Shown: piece by piece, positions 9,779 to 18,871 of the stretch | Numbering within the stretch: the first letter of the stretch is position 1 | Layout of the letters: every line of letters starts with the position of its first letter | Origin: an uncultured Verrucomicrobiae bacterium | Lineage (GTDB): Bacteria; Verrucomicrobiota; Verrucomicrobiia; Limisphaerales; Palsa-1400 | Reading direction: 5' to 3' | DNA length: 64,000 bases | NCBI GenBank assembly: GCA_963702845.1 | Contig: OY969763.1 | Span: forward strand, 3,616,001-3,680,000 | Made by a program: the position numbers and the translations under genes | Notes under the pieces: generated by a model | The model's database searches: none | What the model saw: only the letters and a program-made list of their open reading frames with translations | What the model was told of the DNA's origin: nothing

Positions 9779-10621
9779 TTAAGCGGTTTTTTCGCCGACT
9801 TGGAAGCGGACGAAGCGGCGGATAACGATTTCGTCACCTAATTGCTTCGCGATGCTGCCTAGGTGCTCTTTGACGGAGACTTCGGAGTTGCGCTTGACGA
9901 AGCCTTGGTCAACTAAGCAATGGGTCTGGTAGAACTTTTCCAGTTTGCCTTCGACGATTTTGGCGATGGCTTGCGGTGGTTTGCCTTTGACTTGTTCGGC
10001 GGCGATTTCCTTTTCCTTGGTCAGGACGTCGGGATTAATCTCGTCGCGGTGAACGGCGTGCGGGCTGCCAGCAGCAATCTGCAAGGTGATGTCGCGAACG
10101 AGTTGTTTGAAGTCGTCGGTGGCGACGGTCGAGTCTTTGCCAGCGCCGACTTCCACCAATACACCAACTTTCGCACCGGTGTGGATGTAGGCGGCAACCA
10201 TTCCGCTGCCGTTGATTTCAAAACGGACGAAGCGCGGGATCTGGATGTTTTCACCTGTCTTGGCGACAGCGGCGACGCGGTCGGGTTCGAGCGACGCGAT
10301 GGTCGCGCCGGTGGCGAATTTTTTGGCGACGTCATCGCAGAAGGCTTTGAAGCTTTCGTTGCGGGCGACGAAGTCGGTTTCGCAGTTGATTTCGGCCAGG
10401 ACACCGACTTTGGAGCCGGGCTGGATGTATTGCGCGATCAAGCCGTCTTTGGCATCGCGATCGGCCTTTTTGGCGGCAGTAGCGACGCCTTTTTTGCGCA
10501 GGAGATCGACAGCGGCTTCGACGTTGCCGCCGGTCTCGACTAAAGCTTTTTTGCACTCCATCAGGCCTGCGCCTGTGAGTTCGCGCAGTTTGCCCACGCT
10601 TGCAGCAGTAATTTCGCTCAT
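9779..10621 (-). CDS. tsf: translation elongation factor Ts
   Basis: LRELTGAGLMECKKAL, EINCETDFVA, IRRFVRFQVGE. Confidence 0.98.
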   Translation of the reverse strand: MSEITAASVGKLRELTGAGLMECKKALVETGGNVEAAVDLLRKKGVATAAKKADRDAKDGLIAQYIQPGSKVGVLAEINCETDFVARNESFKAFCDDVAKKFATGATIASLEPDRVAAVAKTGENIQIPRFVRFEINGSGMVAAYIHTGAKVGVLVEVGAGKDSTVATDDFKQLVRDITLQIAAGSPHAVHRDEINPDVLTKEKEIAAEQVKGKPPQAIAKIVEGKLEKFYQTHCLVDQGFVKRNSEVSVKEHLGSIAKQLGDEIVIRRFVRFQVGEKTA

Positions 10622-10705
10622 TTTATAAAATGGTTGAGGGTTGAGGGTTGATGGGCGGAAAAGCTAATGCTTCTCCGCCCACCGATATTCTCTCGCCCGT
10701 TATTG

Positions 10706-11500
10706 TTAGGCGGTGGCCGGAGCGGGTTCCGCAGCGGGTGCGGGTGCAGCAGCCGGCGCAGGTGCCGAGGCCTGCTCTTCAGCAGCGTCGCGACGGCGAA
10801 CGTGTTTGGCCACGTATTCGGCGCGAGCCTGGGTGATCGTTTGCACGACGGTTTGCAGGATCAAACGCACGGAACGAATGGCGTCGTCGTTGGCGGCGAT
10901 AGGATATTCGACGAGGTCAGGATCGCAGTTGGTATCAACAATGGCGATGATCGGGATCTTCAAGCGACGCGCTTCAGCGATGGCGTTGTGTTCGCGCTTG
11001 ATGTCGACGACGAACATGGCTTGCGGAAATTTTTCGAGCATACCGCGAACGCCGTCGAGGTTCTTGAACAAACGGGCGGCTTCACGGCGATACATGGATT
11101 GCTCCTGTTTGCCGTATTGATTGATGCTGCCGTCGGTTTCCCATTTTTCAATGGTCTTGAGACGCTTGATGGAGCGTTCGACGGTTTTGAAATTCGTTAA
11201 GGTGCCGCCGAGCCAACGTTCGGTGACATAGTATTGACCGCAGGTCTTGGCCGATTCTTTGACGGCTTCCTGGGCTTGCTTCTTGGTGCCGACAAACAAA
11301 ATTTGTCCGCCACCGGAAACGATCTTGCGCATGAATTCGCAAGCTGCGTCGAGTTGGGCGAGGCTCTTGCTGAGGTCGATGATGTGGATGCCGTTGCGGG
11401 CGTCGAAGATGAATTTCTTCATCTTGGGGTTCCAACGTTTGGTCTGGTGACCGAAATGAACGCCTGCGTCCAACAATTCTTTAATACCAATGCTGATCAT
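10706..11500 (-). CDS. rpsB: 30S ribosomal protein S2
   Basis: [35 protein letters not shown]. Confidence 0.98.
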   Translation of the reverse strand: MISIGIKELLDAGVHFGHQTKRWNPKMKKFIFDARNGIHIIDLSKSLAQLDAACEFMRKIVSGGGQILFVGTKKQAQEAVKESAKTCGQYYVTERWLGGTLTNFKTVERSIKRLKTIEKWETDGSINQYGKQEQSMYRREAARLFKNLDGVRGMLEKFPQAMFVVDIKREHNAIAEARRLKIPIIAIVDTNCDPDLVEYPIAANDDAIRSVRLILQTVVQTITQARAEYVAKHVRRRDAAEEQASAPAPAAAPAPAAEPAPATA

Positions 11501-11723
11501 AATTTTCCTTTGTTAAAGACTCACTCGAAATTATATCGAGTCAGCCATCCCGCGGAACACGGGATTGATTTAGGTGTTGTTATGGCCGCCACCCTCACGC
11601 GAGGATGACCGGAAGCTCCGGCTGCCGTTTAGACCATTTTCCTTATGGCACCGAACTTCGGTTCCAAAAGGGCCGGTAAACGTAACAGACGGAGCGCATT
11701 GCGCCAATTGTTTTTTGCAAATT

Positions 11724-12251
11724 GTGAAACAGGTGTTTGAAGTATGGATTTTAGCGGGAGGCCTGAGCTCGCGGATGGGGCGTGATAAATCGGGTATCCA
11801 CCTGCACGGCAAGCGTTTACTGGCGCGCATAAAACAGGAAGCTGCCAAAACGGGCTGGGCGGTGCGGGTTTTGCGAAAGGATGCGGTGGAACGGTGCGGC
11901 CCTCTGGGAGGCGTGTATACGGCACTGAAAAGGTCGCGGGCGGATGCTGTTTTGTTGCTCGCGTGCGATATGCCGTTTCTGTCGGTCACGCTTCTGAAGC
12001 GCCTGGCCAACGCGTTGAAATCGAATACGACGGCGGTTTTTACGAAGCAAGGTAAGTATGCTGGATTTCCTTTCGCACTGCGGACGAGCACGGTGACGCA
12101 AGTTGAGGAGCAAATTGCATCCGGCGATTTTTCGCTTCAAACTCTCGCGCGCTCCATGCGTGCGAAATTGATCCGTGCCAAACAATCTGAGTTGTTCGAC
12201 ATCGATACGCCGAGCGACCTCGCAGCAGCGCACGAACGGTTGAAGAAATAA
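11724..12251 (+). CDS. mobA: MobA-like NTP transferase (molybdenum cofactor guanylyltransferase family)
   Basis: ILAGGLSSRMGRDKS, GPLGGV, LACDMPF, DIDTPSDL; start inferred at GTG 11724. Confidence 0.75.
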   Translation: MKQVFEVWILAGGLSSRMGRDKSGIHLHGKRLLARIKQEAAKTGWAVRVLRKDAVERCGPLGGVYTALKRSRADAVLLLACDMPFLSVTLLKRLANALKSNTTAVFTKQGKYAGFPFALRTSTVTQVEEQIASGDFSLQTLARSMRAKLIRAKQSELFDIDTPSDLAAAHERLKK

Positions 12252-12253
12252 AT

Positions 12254-13144
12254 ATGCAAATCGTCCAGGTCGCACGAAACGCCATGGCTACGAGGTTCGA
12301 GATCGTCCTTCATGGCACGAACGCGACGGCGTTGCGCGCGGCGGGCGAAGAGGCGTTGGACGAAATCACGCGGCTCGAAGGGCAGTTGAGTCTCTACAGA
12401 GCGAGCAGTGAAATTGCGCGAGTGAATGCTCGTGCGGCCTACGAACCGGTCCGAGTCACACCCGCTGTTTTCAAGCTTCTGCAACATGCGCGCGATTTGA
12501 GTGAGCAGTGCGGCGGCGCTTTCGACATCACGATCGCGCCGCTCGTGCGATGCTGGGGTTTCATGGGCGGCACCGGCCAGCCTGCCGACCCAAAACAACT
12601 CGCCGAAGCTCGCCAATGCATCGGCATGGCCCACGTTCATTTCGACGACGCAAACCACACGATTCGATTCGCCAAACTTGGAATGATGATCGACCTCGGA
12701 GCGATCGGTAAAGGCTACGCTATCGACCGTGCTGTGGAATTCCTTCGCGAGGCCGGTATTGAAAGCGCGCTGATCCACGGCGGCACGAGCACCGTTTACG
12801 GCATCGGCAAGCCGATGGATAGCGAGGCATGGAAAGTCGCGGTCGCGGACGCCTTCGGAACGCCCGCAGCCACTTCGGCGAATCTGCCGACGATGACTCT
12901 TCGCGATGAGGCCCTGTCCGTCTCCGCGATCTGGGGCCGCTCGTTCGAGAAGGATGGCAAAACGCTCGGCCACGTAATTGATCCACGAACGGGCGAGCCT
13001 TGCCAAGGTGCTGCATTGGCTGCGGTTATCAGTAAATCAGCGACGGATTCAGACGCCCTCTCCACTGCCCTGCTCGTCCTCGGACGGGACGGTGAAAGCC
13101 GGCTGAAACAGGCATTTCCTGCTATACGCACTTTTCTCCTCTAG
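12254..13144 (+). CDS. apbE: FAD:protein FMN transferase (ApbE family)
   Basis: GAFDITIAPLVRCWG, IDLGAIGKGYAID, HVIDPRTG, DALSTAL. Confidence 0.9.
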   Translation: MQIVQVARNAMATRFEIVLHGTNATALRAAGEEALDEITRLEGQLSLYRASSEIARVNARAAYEPVRVTPAVFKLLQHARDLSEQCGGAFDITIAPLVRCWGFMGGTGQPADPKQLAEARQCIGMAHVHFDDANHTIRFAKLGMMIDLGAIGKGYAIDRAVEFLREAGIESALIHGGTSTVYGIGKPMDSEAWKVAVADAFGTPAATSANLPTMTLRDEALSVSAIWGRSFEKDGKTLGHVIDPRTGEPCQGAALAAVISKSATDSDALSTALLVLGRDGESRLKQAFPAIRTFLL

Positions 13145-13234
13145 GAGACGTTATCCGAATTCAATCTGCGGCTAAAACGAGCTTTTCAGCGCGAAGTGAT
13201 TGAAAATCGTCCGCAAAACCGCTATCGTGGTTGC

Positions 13235-14137
13235 GTGCTAGATGACCGATCTTACATGCGCACGGATGCCCGCTTTCGCTGGTCGGTCACGACTGTGCTG
13301 TTGATTACGCTGGTCGTCTGCTACATCGCGCAGCTTATTCTACAGCGCGCTTTCCCGACGATTCAGTATCTCGATGGCAGTCGTGGCGGTTTCTTCGCGA
13401 ATTTCGCACTGAGCGTCGACGGTTTGAAACATGGGAGAATTTGGGAACTAATCACGTTCCAATTCATGCATGCAAGCGTCATGCACCTGTTGATGAACGC
13501 GCTCGGCGTTTTCTTTTTTGGACGTGCGATCGAAGAAGCGATCGGCGGTCGGGAATTGCTCAGGCTTTATTTGCTCAGCGGAACATTCGGTGGACTGCTC
13601 CAGGTTGGCTTGGAACAAATGTTTCACGGATATTTCCCGGAGAGCGTCGTCGGCGCCTCGGCCGGTGTGTTCGGTTTGATTGCTGCATTCGCCACGCGCG
13701 CTCCGGACATGCCGATCACGTTGCTATTGTTTTTCTTTCTGCCGGTGACCTTCCCGGCGAAAGTTTTGCTGATGATCGAAGCATTGATCGCGATTTTTGG
13801 CCTGCTTCCCATTGGATTCATGCCGGGAGTCGCTCACGGCGCGCACCTTGGTGGAATGCTGACTGGCATTGGTTTCATCAAATGGATGAATCGCCCGCGG
13901 CGATCTGTCGTGGTGTGGAAGCCCGAGCGTCGCAAACCGCAACTTGTCAGCAACGCGCCGAAACGCGCAGCGTGGCGCAAGCCGCGCAAGAAAGCCGAAG
14001 AAGTTCCAACCGGCGAATTCATCAGCCGCGAAGTCGATCCTATTTTGGAAAAAATCTCTGCCCACGGCATCCACAGCCTGACCGATCAGGAGCGCAAAAT
14101 CCTCGAAGCCGCTCGCGATAAAATGGCCAAGCGGTAA
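13235..14137 (+). CDS. rhomboid-family intramembrane serine protease
   Basis: FMHASVMHLLMN, GASAG, AHGAHLGG; C-terminal VDPILEKISAHGIHSLT domain. Confidence 0.9.
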   Translation: MLDDRSYMRTDARFRWSVTTVLLITLVVCYIAQLILQRAFPTIQYLDGSRGGFFANFALSVDGLKHGRIWELITFQFMHASVMHLLMNALGVFFFGRAIEEAIGGRELLRLYLLSGTFGGLLQVGLEQMFHGYFPESVVGASAGVFGLIAAFATRAPDMPITLLLFFFLPVTFPAKVLLMIEALIAIFGLLPIGFMPGVAHGAHLGGMLTGIGFIKWMNRPRRSVVVWKPERRKPQLVSNAPKRAAWRKPRKKAEEVPTGEFISREVDPILEKISAHGIHSLTDQERKILEAARDKMAKR

Positions 14138-14207
14138 GTGCGTTGGATCAACGCGCCAACATTTTGGACTGCGCCATTTGTTCGTTTTGTTTCGAAGAGC
14201 AAGTCAC

Positions 14208-14239
14208 AAAAAAACCGCGATGCATTGGCTGCATCGCGG
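14208..14239 (-). terminator. intrinsic terminator between convergent genes
   Basis: CCGCGATGCA-5nt-TGCATCGCGG stem with T7 on the minus strand. Confidence 0.75.
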
Positions 14240-14263
14240 AATACAAAAAGTTAATTGTAGGCG

Positions 14264-14581
14264 TTAAGGGCTAGACATCATACTCAACTGCGCCTGCGCT
14301 ACGCGGGATAAATTCGTAAAGAGCATGGAAATCAAATAGCCAGCATGGCGGTTGCCATTGCACGCCACGATCACTCCGGTGCATTCGAGTTTGCGCTCGC
14401 CGCCCGGAACTTCGAGCATGAGGTTCATCTCCGTCCAGGTTTCAATTGGCTCGTAGCTGCGGAACTCGATTCCGTTTTTACGCACTTTGACAGAGTGGGC
14501 TGGCAGCGTCAGACAAAGTTGGTTGCTTTGACGAACTGCAGCGCCAGGAAATGTTGTTTCCAGAGATTTTCTTGCGCTCAT
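14264..14581 (-). CDS. small PilZ-like domain protein
   Basis: beta-rich 105-aa ORF (NGIEFRS...CTGVIVAC...YLISMLF) followed by a terminator. Confidence 0.55.
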   Translation of the reverse strand: MSARKSLETTFPGAAVRQSNQLCLTLPAHSVKVRKNGIEFRSYEPIETWTEMNLMLEVPGGERKLECTGVIVACNGNRHAGYLISMLFTNLSRVAQAQLSMMSSP

Positions 14582-14898
14582 AGTGATTACCTCAGTGTAG
14601 CACCGATTGAGCACGGGTCAAATGTCCGAGGGCCGTTAATGGCATTTTCTCTGGACACTTTTTGCCGTGGCTTCCCCAGTAAATGTAACATGAAACTGTG
14701 CCTCGACGTGGTAGGTTAGGACTGAGGAGACATCTCGAGGGAAATGGCAAACAGGCACGTTCGGCTGAAGCAACTGCACGAGCAAAGGCAGATGTTTGGA
14801 TCGGCGCTAATGCGCAAGAGTAGTTGTTCGTTTGGATTTACACAGCCGTTCTCCGGCTACGTTCGGTGCATATTCGTATGCATTCGAATCCTCACTGA

Positions 14899-16305
14899 TT
14901 ATTGATCTGACGCGTTGGCGTTTTGGGAAGCATTCGGATTGATGGCGGCGGCTTGTTTGGCTTTCCGTGCTTGTTTTCTGGCTTTTTTGGCTTGCGCGGC
15001 TGGACCGTTCTTTTCAGCCGGGGCCTGGATGCCTCCGGCGGGATTGAGTTCGTCCAAGACGCCTTGAAGGTGTTTGCGCTCGGCGGTAGCCGCTTGGTCT
15101 TGACTGTCTGAGGACACGAGAATCTCTTTGAACGGAGCCCCGCGCATGTCGAAGAGTTCGCTGGATTCGTTCAGTTTCCAGTCGCGGTCACGGTCGAACC
15201 ATTTGCGGCCGAGTTGGACGTAGATCCAGTCGCGCGGCCAAGTGGAAGATTGGCCGAGGAGTTGCGGGGCGAAGGTTCGGCCGTCGATGATGCGTTTCGG
15301 CGGCAGTGTTGCGCCGGCGATTTCGGCGATGGTGGGATAGAAATCGGTGATGTTGATGAGGGCTTCAGTGACTTTGCCAGCGGGGACTTTTCCGGGCCAA
15401 TTGGCGAGGCTAGGAACGAGTGCGCCGCATTCGAGCATGGTGGCTTTGTGGCCGCTGAGGTCTTTGCCGTGGACGGTGCAGCGCGTGTACCACGGCGCAG
15501 CTGTGCCGTTGTCGCCAGCGAAAAGGATGAGGGTGTTGTCGCGCAATTTCAGACGGTCGAGTTCGGTTACAAGTTTACCGATGAGTTTGTCCATGTAAGT
15601 GACGTTATCTTTGTATATTTGAAAAAGGTCTTTGGTGCCGGGCGCGGTGTCGGGTGTGCGCAGGATTTGGCCGTGAACGTGGGACATCGGATAGTAGAGA
15701 TAGAAAGGCTGGTCCTTGTGGCGGTTGATGAAGTCGACGACGAATTTGTGCATGACGTCGGGCAGGTATTCGCCGTCGTGCAACGGAACTTCTTTGCCGT
15801 TGAGTGTGTAGAACTTGGCCTGGGGTTGGGTGTTCCAGTATTTGCCGCTGCCGACGAAGCGCAGGTATTCATCAAACCCCCAATCGCCGGGTTGCAGCGG
15901 CAGTTGAGCCCATTTGCCGCACTGGGCGGTGACGTAGCCCGCTTGTTTGAGGATGACGGGCATCATGGTTTCGTTGGCGGGTTTGAGGAGGTTTCCGGTG
16001 TCGTTGCGGGTCATACCGGTGTGAAAAGCGTATCGGCCGGTCATGAGCAACGCGCGAGACGGACCACATAGCGGCGCGGCATAGCAATGGTCAAAGCGCA
16101 AGCCGTCTTTCGCAAGGGCGTCGAGGTTCGGCGTCTTGAAGTTGTCGGCGCCGTAGCAACTGACGTTGCCGATGCCAAGGTCGTCGGCGAGGATAAAGAT
16201 GATGTTTGGTTTGGCCGGTGCGCCGTGGGATAGACAAGCGAACAAAACGAGGAAACAAGCAGTGAGGATTGGTTTGGTTTTCACAATATTATGCAACGAT
16301 GCCAT
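14899..16305 (-). CDS. secreted sulfatase
   Basis: signal peptide, PNIIFILADDLG, CGPSR formylglycine motif, GDNG. Confidence 0.92.
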   Translation of the reverse strand: MASLHNIVKTKPILTACFLVLFACLSHGAPAKPNIIFILADDLGIGNVSCYGADNFKTPNLDALAKDGLRFDHCYAAPLCGPSRALLMTGRYAFHTGMTRNDTGNLLKPANETMMPVILKQAGYVTAQCGKWAQLPLQPGDWGFDEYLRFVGSGKYWNTQPQAKFYTLNGKEVPLHDGEYLPDVMHKFVVDFINRHKDQPFYLYYPMSHVHGQILRTPDTAPGTKDLFQIYKDNVTYMDKLIGKLVTELDRLKLRDNTLILFAGDNGTAAPWYTRCTVHGKDLSGHKATMLECGALVPSLANWPGKVPAGKVTEALINITDFYPTIAEIAGATLPPKRIIDGRTFAPQLLGQSSTWPRDWIYVQLGRKWFDRDRDWKLNESSELFDMRGAPFKEILVSSDSQDQAATAERKHLQGVLDELNPAGGIQAPAEKNGPAAQAKKARKQARKAKQAAAINPNASQNANASDQ

Positions 16306-16456
16306 GGGGTCGGGTAAACAGACGCGGGCGGGAAGGGTTGGTTACAAGACTTACGTCGCTCACAACTATTCAACCGCTGTGTATGGAGGCCATCCACTCC
16401 AAAAACTCGCCCGAATTGTAATTGGAAATTCTCCGCCCGAAGCCTAAAGTTGCCTC

Positions 16457-17050
16457 ATGGATACCCAAATCCTGCTGAGCATTTGTGTCGGGATCGGTTT
16501 GAGCGCAGCGTGCGGTTTCCGCGTGTTCGTTCCCCTGCTCGCTGTCAGCATCGGCGCGCTGACCGGGCACCTTCACCTCGCACAGAATTTTGCGTGGATT
16601 GGCAGTAAACCCGCGCTCATCGCTTTCGCCGTCGCGACCGTTTTCGAAATCGGTGCATATTACATTCCATTTCTCGACAACGTTCTCGACACAATCGCCG
16701 GTCCAACAGCTGCAATCGCCGGCATCCTGGTAACCGCCTCGGTAATGGCCGACGTGGATCCGATGTGGCGCTGGACTCTGGCCGTTATCGCTGGCGGCGG
16801 CATCGCAGGCTCAACCCAGCTCGCCACCACGAAACTGCGCCTCGCCTCCAGCGCAACCACAGGCGGATTTGGCAATCACGTCCTGTCCACGATCGAAGCG
16901 GTATTTTCGTCCGGCCTTTCTTTTCTGGCGATTGCTCTGCCCGTAGTTGCCGTTCTTTTCGTCATCATTATTCTGATCGCTTGCTGGCTGTTGATTTACG
17001 CCATCGGCAAACGCCTCTTCCGCTGGCTTCGACCAAAGCCAGCGGCTTAG
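16457..17050 (+). CDS. DUF4126-family membrane protein
   Basis: GLSAACGFRVFVPLL, EIGAYYIPFLDNVLD. Confidence 0.8.
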   Translation: MDTQILLSICVGIGLSAACGFRVFVPLLAVSIGALTGHLHLAQNFAWIGSKPALIAFAVATVFEIGAYYIPFLDNVLDTIAGPTAAIAGILVTASVMADVDPMWRWTLAVIAGGGIAGSTQLATTKLRLASSATTGGFGNHVLSTIEAVFSSGLSFLAIALPVVAVLFVIIILIACWLLIYAIGKRLFRWLRPKPAA

Positions 17051-17054
17051 GGTC

Positions 17055-18425
17055 ATGGAAGCGCTACTGCTCATTGTTATTGTTGGCGCGTTCATCGCAA
17101 TCGTTGTCGACCTGCTCGAGCAACTGCCCACAATCGAAAGCCACAAAATCCGAAAGTGGCTCATCGCATGGTTTATCAAAGGCGTCATCGTCCCAATCGT
17201 GGTCTGGATGCTTTTCAACATGGGCGTGTTCCAAAACCTGCCCGATTTTGTTTCGTCCCGAATGCTCCAAAAAATGGGTGGTGTGAATCGCGATGCCACG
17301 CTCCTGCTCATATTCGTCGGCGTCATCGTGATTACCACGTATTGGACAGCGCTCACGTCTGGTTGGCTCCTTGCCATGTTAACTTCTTACGATCTCGACG
17401 GGCGCGAGGTCTTTAAACGTATTCGTTGGCTCGCGGTTCTGTTAAGTCCGCTCGCGCTGTTGATTGTTGCGTCCTTCGGCTGGGGCGCACTTGGTGTCGC
17501 CGGGACCGTGTGGTTGCTGCCGGTCGTGAAAGCCGCTGGTTCCGTCACCGGCGAACCCAAGCGTCGGACCCGTCCTACTTATTCCAAAGCCGCTGTTCAC
17601 CTCCAGCGCGGCAAATACGAAGACGCAGAACAGGAGGTCCTCGCCGAACTGGAACGATGCCAGGATGATTTCGACGGCTGGATGCTTCTCGCCGATCTCT
17701 ACGCCAATCACTTCAACGACCTGCCCGCTGCGGCACGCATGATTAATGAAACCTGCGACCAGCCTACAACCACTATTTCTGAAATCGCCGTCGCATATCA
17801 CCGACTCGCCGATTGGTATGTGAAACAGGATAACAATTCCAATGCCGCGATCGAAGCTCTCGAGCAAATATGCCGTCGCTATCCCAACACCCACGTCGAG
17901 CGCATGGCGCGCTTGCGCATCCGCAACATCAGCGGCGAAGAAGAACAAAAACCCACCGCAAGCCGCACGATTCGGCTCCCATCGCTAGGCAAAGAAATAG
18001 AGCGCGAGAGTCCGAGCGAACAGAATGTTGAAGCCGCTGCCGCTCAAGCCCGTCGTTACTCTGAGATCCTGAAGAAAAACCCCAACGACCTCGCCGCCCG
18101 CGAAACATTTGCGCGCGTCCTTGCTGAACAGCTGGGCAAAGCCGATGTCGCGATCGAACAACTCGAATCTTTGCTCGACCTCGCCGCAACCGACGAAGCC
18201 GCTCAAGCCAGAATTCCAGAGTGGCTCTCGCTCATCAGCTCATGGCAATTAAAATATCGCAACGACGAACCCGCCGCTGTTGCAATAATGAAACGCCTCG
18301 TCCGCGATCATTCGAGTACCGCCCAAGCCTTCGCCGCGCAACGCCGGTTGCACATGATCGAAATGGAACACCGGATGCGCAGGCATCGCGATTCACGCGC
18401 ACTCACAGGATTATCCGAAACGTAA
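17055..18425 (+). CDS. membrane protein with C-terminal TPR-like helical repeats
   Basis: about 5 N-terminal hydrophobic helices followed by TPR-like repeats. Confidence 0.65.
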   Translation: MEALLLIVIVGAFIAIVVDLLEQLPTIESHKIRKWLIAWFIKGVIVPIVVWMLFNMGVFQNLPDFVSSRMLQKMGGVNRDATLLLIFVGVIVITTYWTALTSGWLLAMLTSYDLDGREVFKRIRWLAVLLSPLALLIVASFGWGALGVAGTVWLLPVVKAAGSVTGEPKRRTRPTYSKAAVHLQRGKYEDAEQEVLAELERCQDDFDGWMLLADLYANHFNDLPAAARMINETCDQPTTTISEIAVAYHRLADWYVKQDNNSNAAIEALEQICRRYPNTHVERMARLRIRNISGEEEQKPTASRTIRLPSLGKEIERESPSEQNVEAAAAQARRYSEILKKNPNDLAARETFARVLAEQLGKADVAIEQLESLLDLAATDEAAQARIPEWLSLISSWQLKYRNDEPAAVAIMKRLVRDHSSTAQAFAAQRRLHMIEMEHRMRRHRDSRALTGLSET

Positions 18426-18432
18426 TCCCACT

Positions 18433-18804
18433 CTACTTCTCGATCGGAAGTTCGCTCTCCTTCCAGGCCTCAAAGCCACCTTCCATCTCCACCACGGGAT
18501 AGCCGCGACTCGCGAATTCAACGGCTGCTTTCGCAGCGAGATGGCATTGCTGCGTGTAGCAATAAAGAATGTTCCGTTTGTCCTTCTCCAATCCTTCGCA
18601 CGTTGACCATTTGTCTGGCGGACAATTCGTCGCGCCTGGAATGTGCCCCTTCGCGTAATCGTCTGCATAACGGACATCGATGACGTTTACGTCCTCGTGT
18701 TCATCGATGAGATGGCTGACTTCGACAGGTCCAGTCGTAAACGAGAGTTTATCTTCGAAGAATTCTTTGCATTGAGCCGGATTTGGTAATTCAGCAGTTA
18801 ACAT
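18433..18804 (-). CDS. rhodanese-like domain protein
   Basis: VIDVR, GHIPGA, YC..CH, MEGGFEAW; GGAGG RBS before ATG 18804. Confidence 0.9.
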   Translation of the reverse strand: MLTAELPNPAQCKEFFEDKLSFTTGPVEVSHLIDEHEDVNVIDVRYADDYAKGHIPGATNCPPDKWSTCEGLEKDKRNILYCYTQQCHLAAKAAVEFASRGYPVVEMEGGFEAWKESELPIEK

Positions 18805-18871
18805 ATTTACCTCCCTAATAAAACCAAACCCCGAAGCGCGATCCGGGCAAGTTGAAGTTGTCCGTCGCAAC

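Noticed and set aside
9920..11608. Long antisense ORFs over tsf and rpsB (also over valS, the sulfatases and the NRPS)
   Set aside because: Typical shadow ORFs of GC-rich, codon-biased genes; no recognisable motifs.
14190..14201. boxA-like TGCTCTTCGAAA on the minus strand
   Set aside because: It lies just downstream of a terminator, with no promoter or arrays after it; likely chance.
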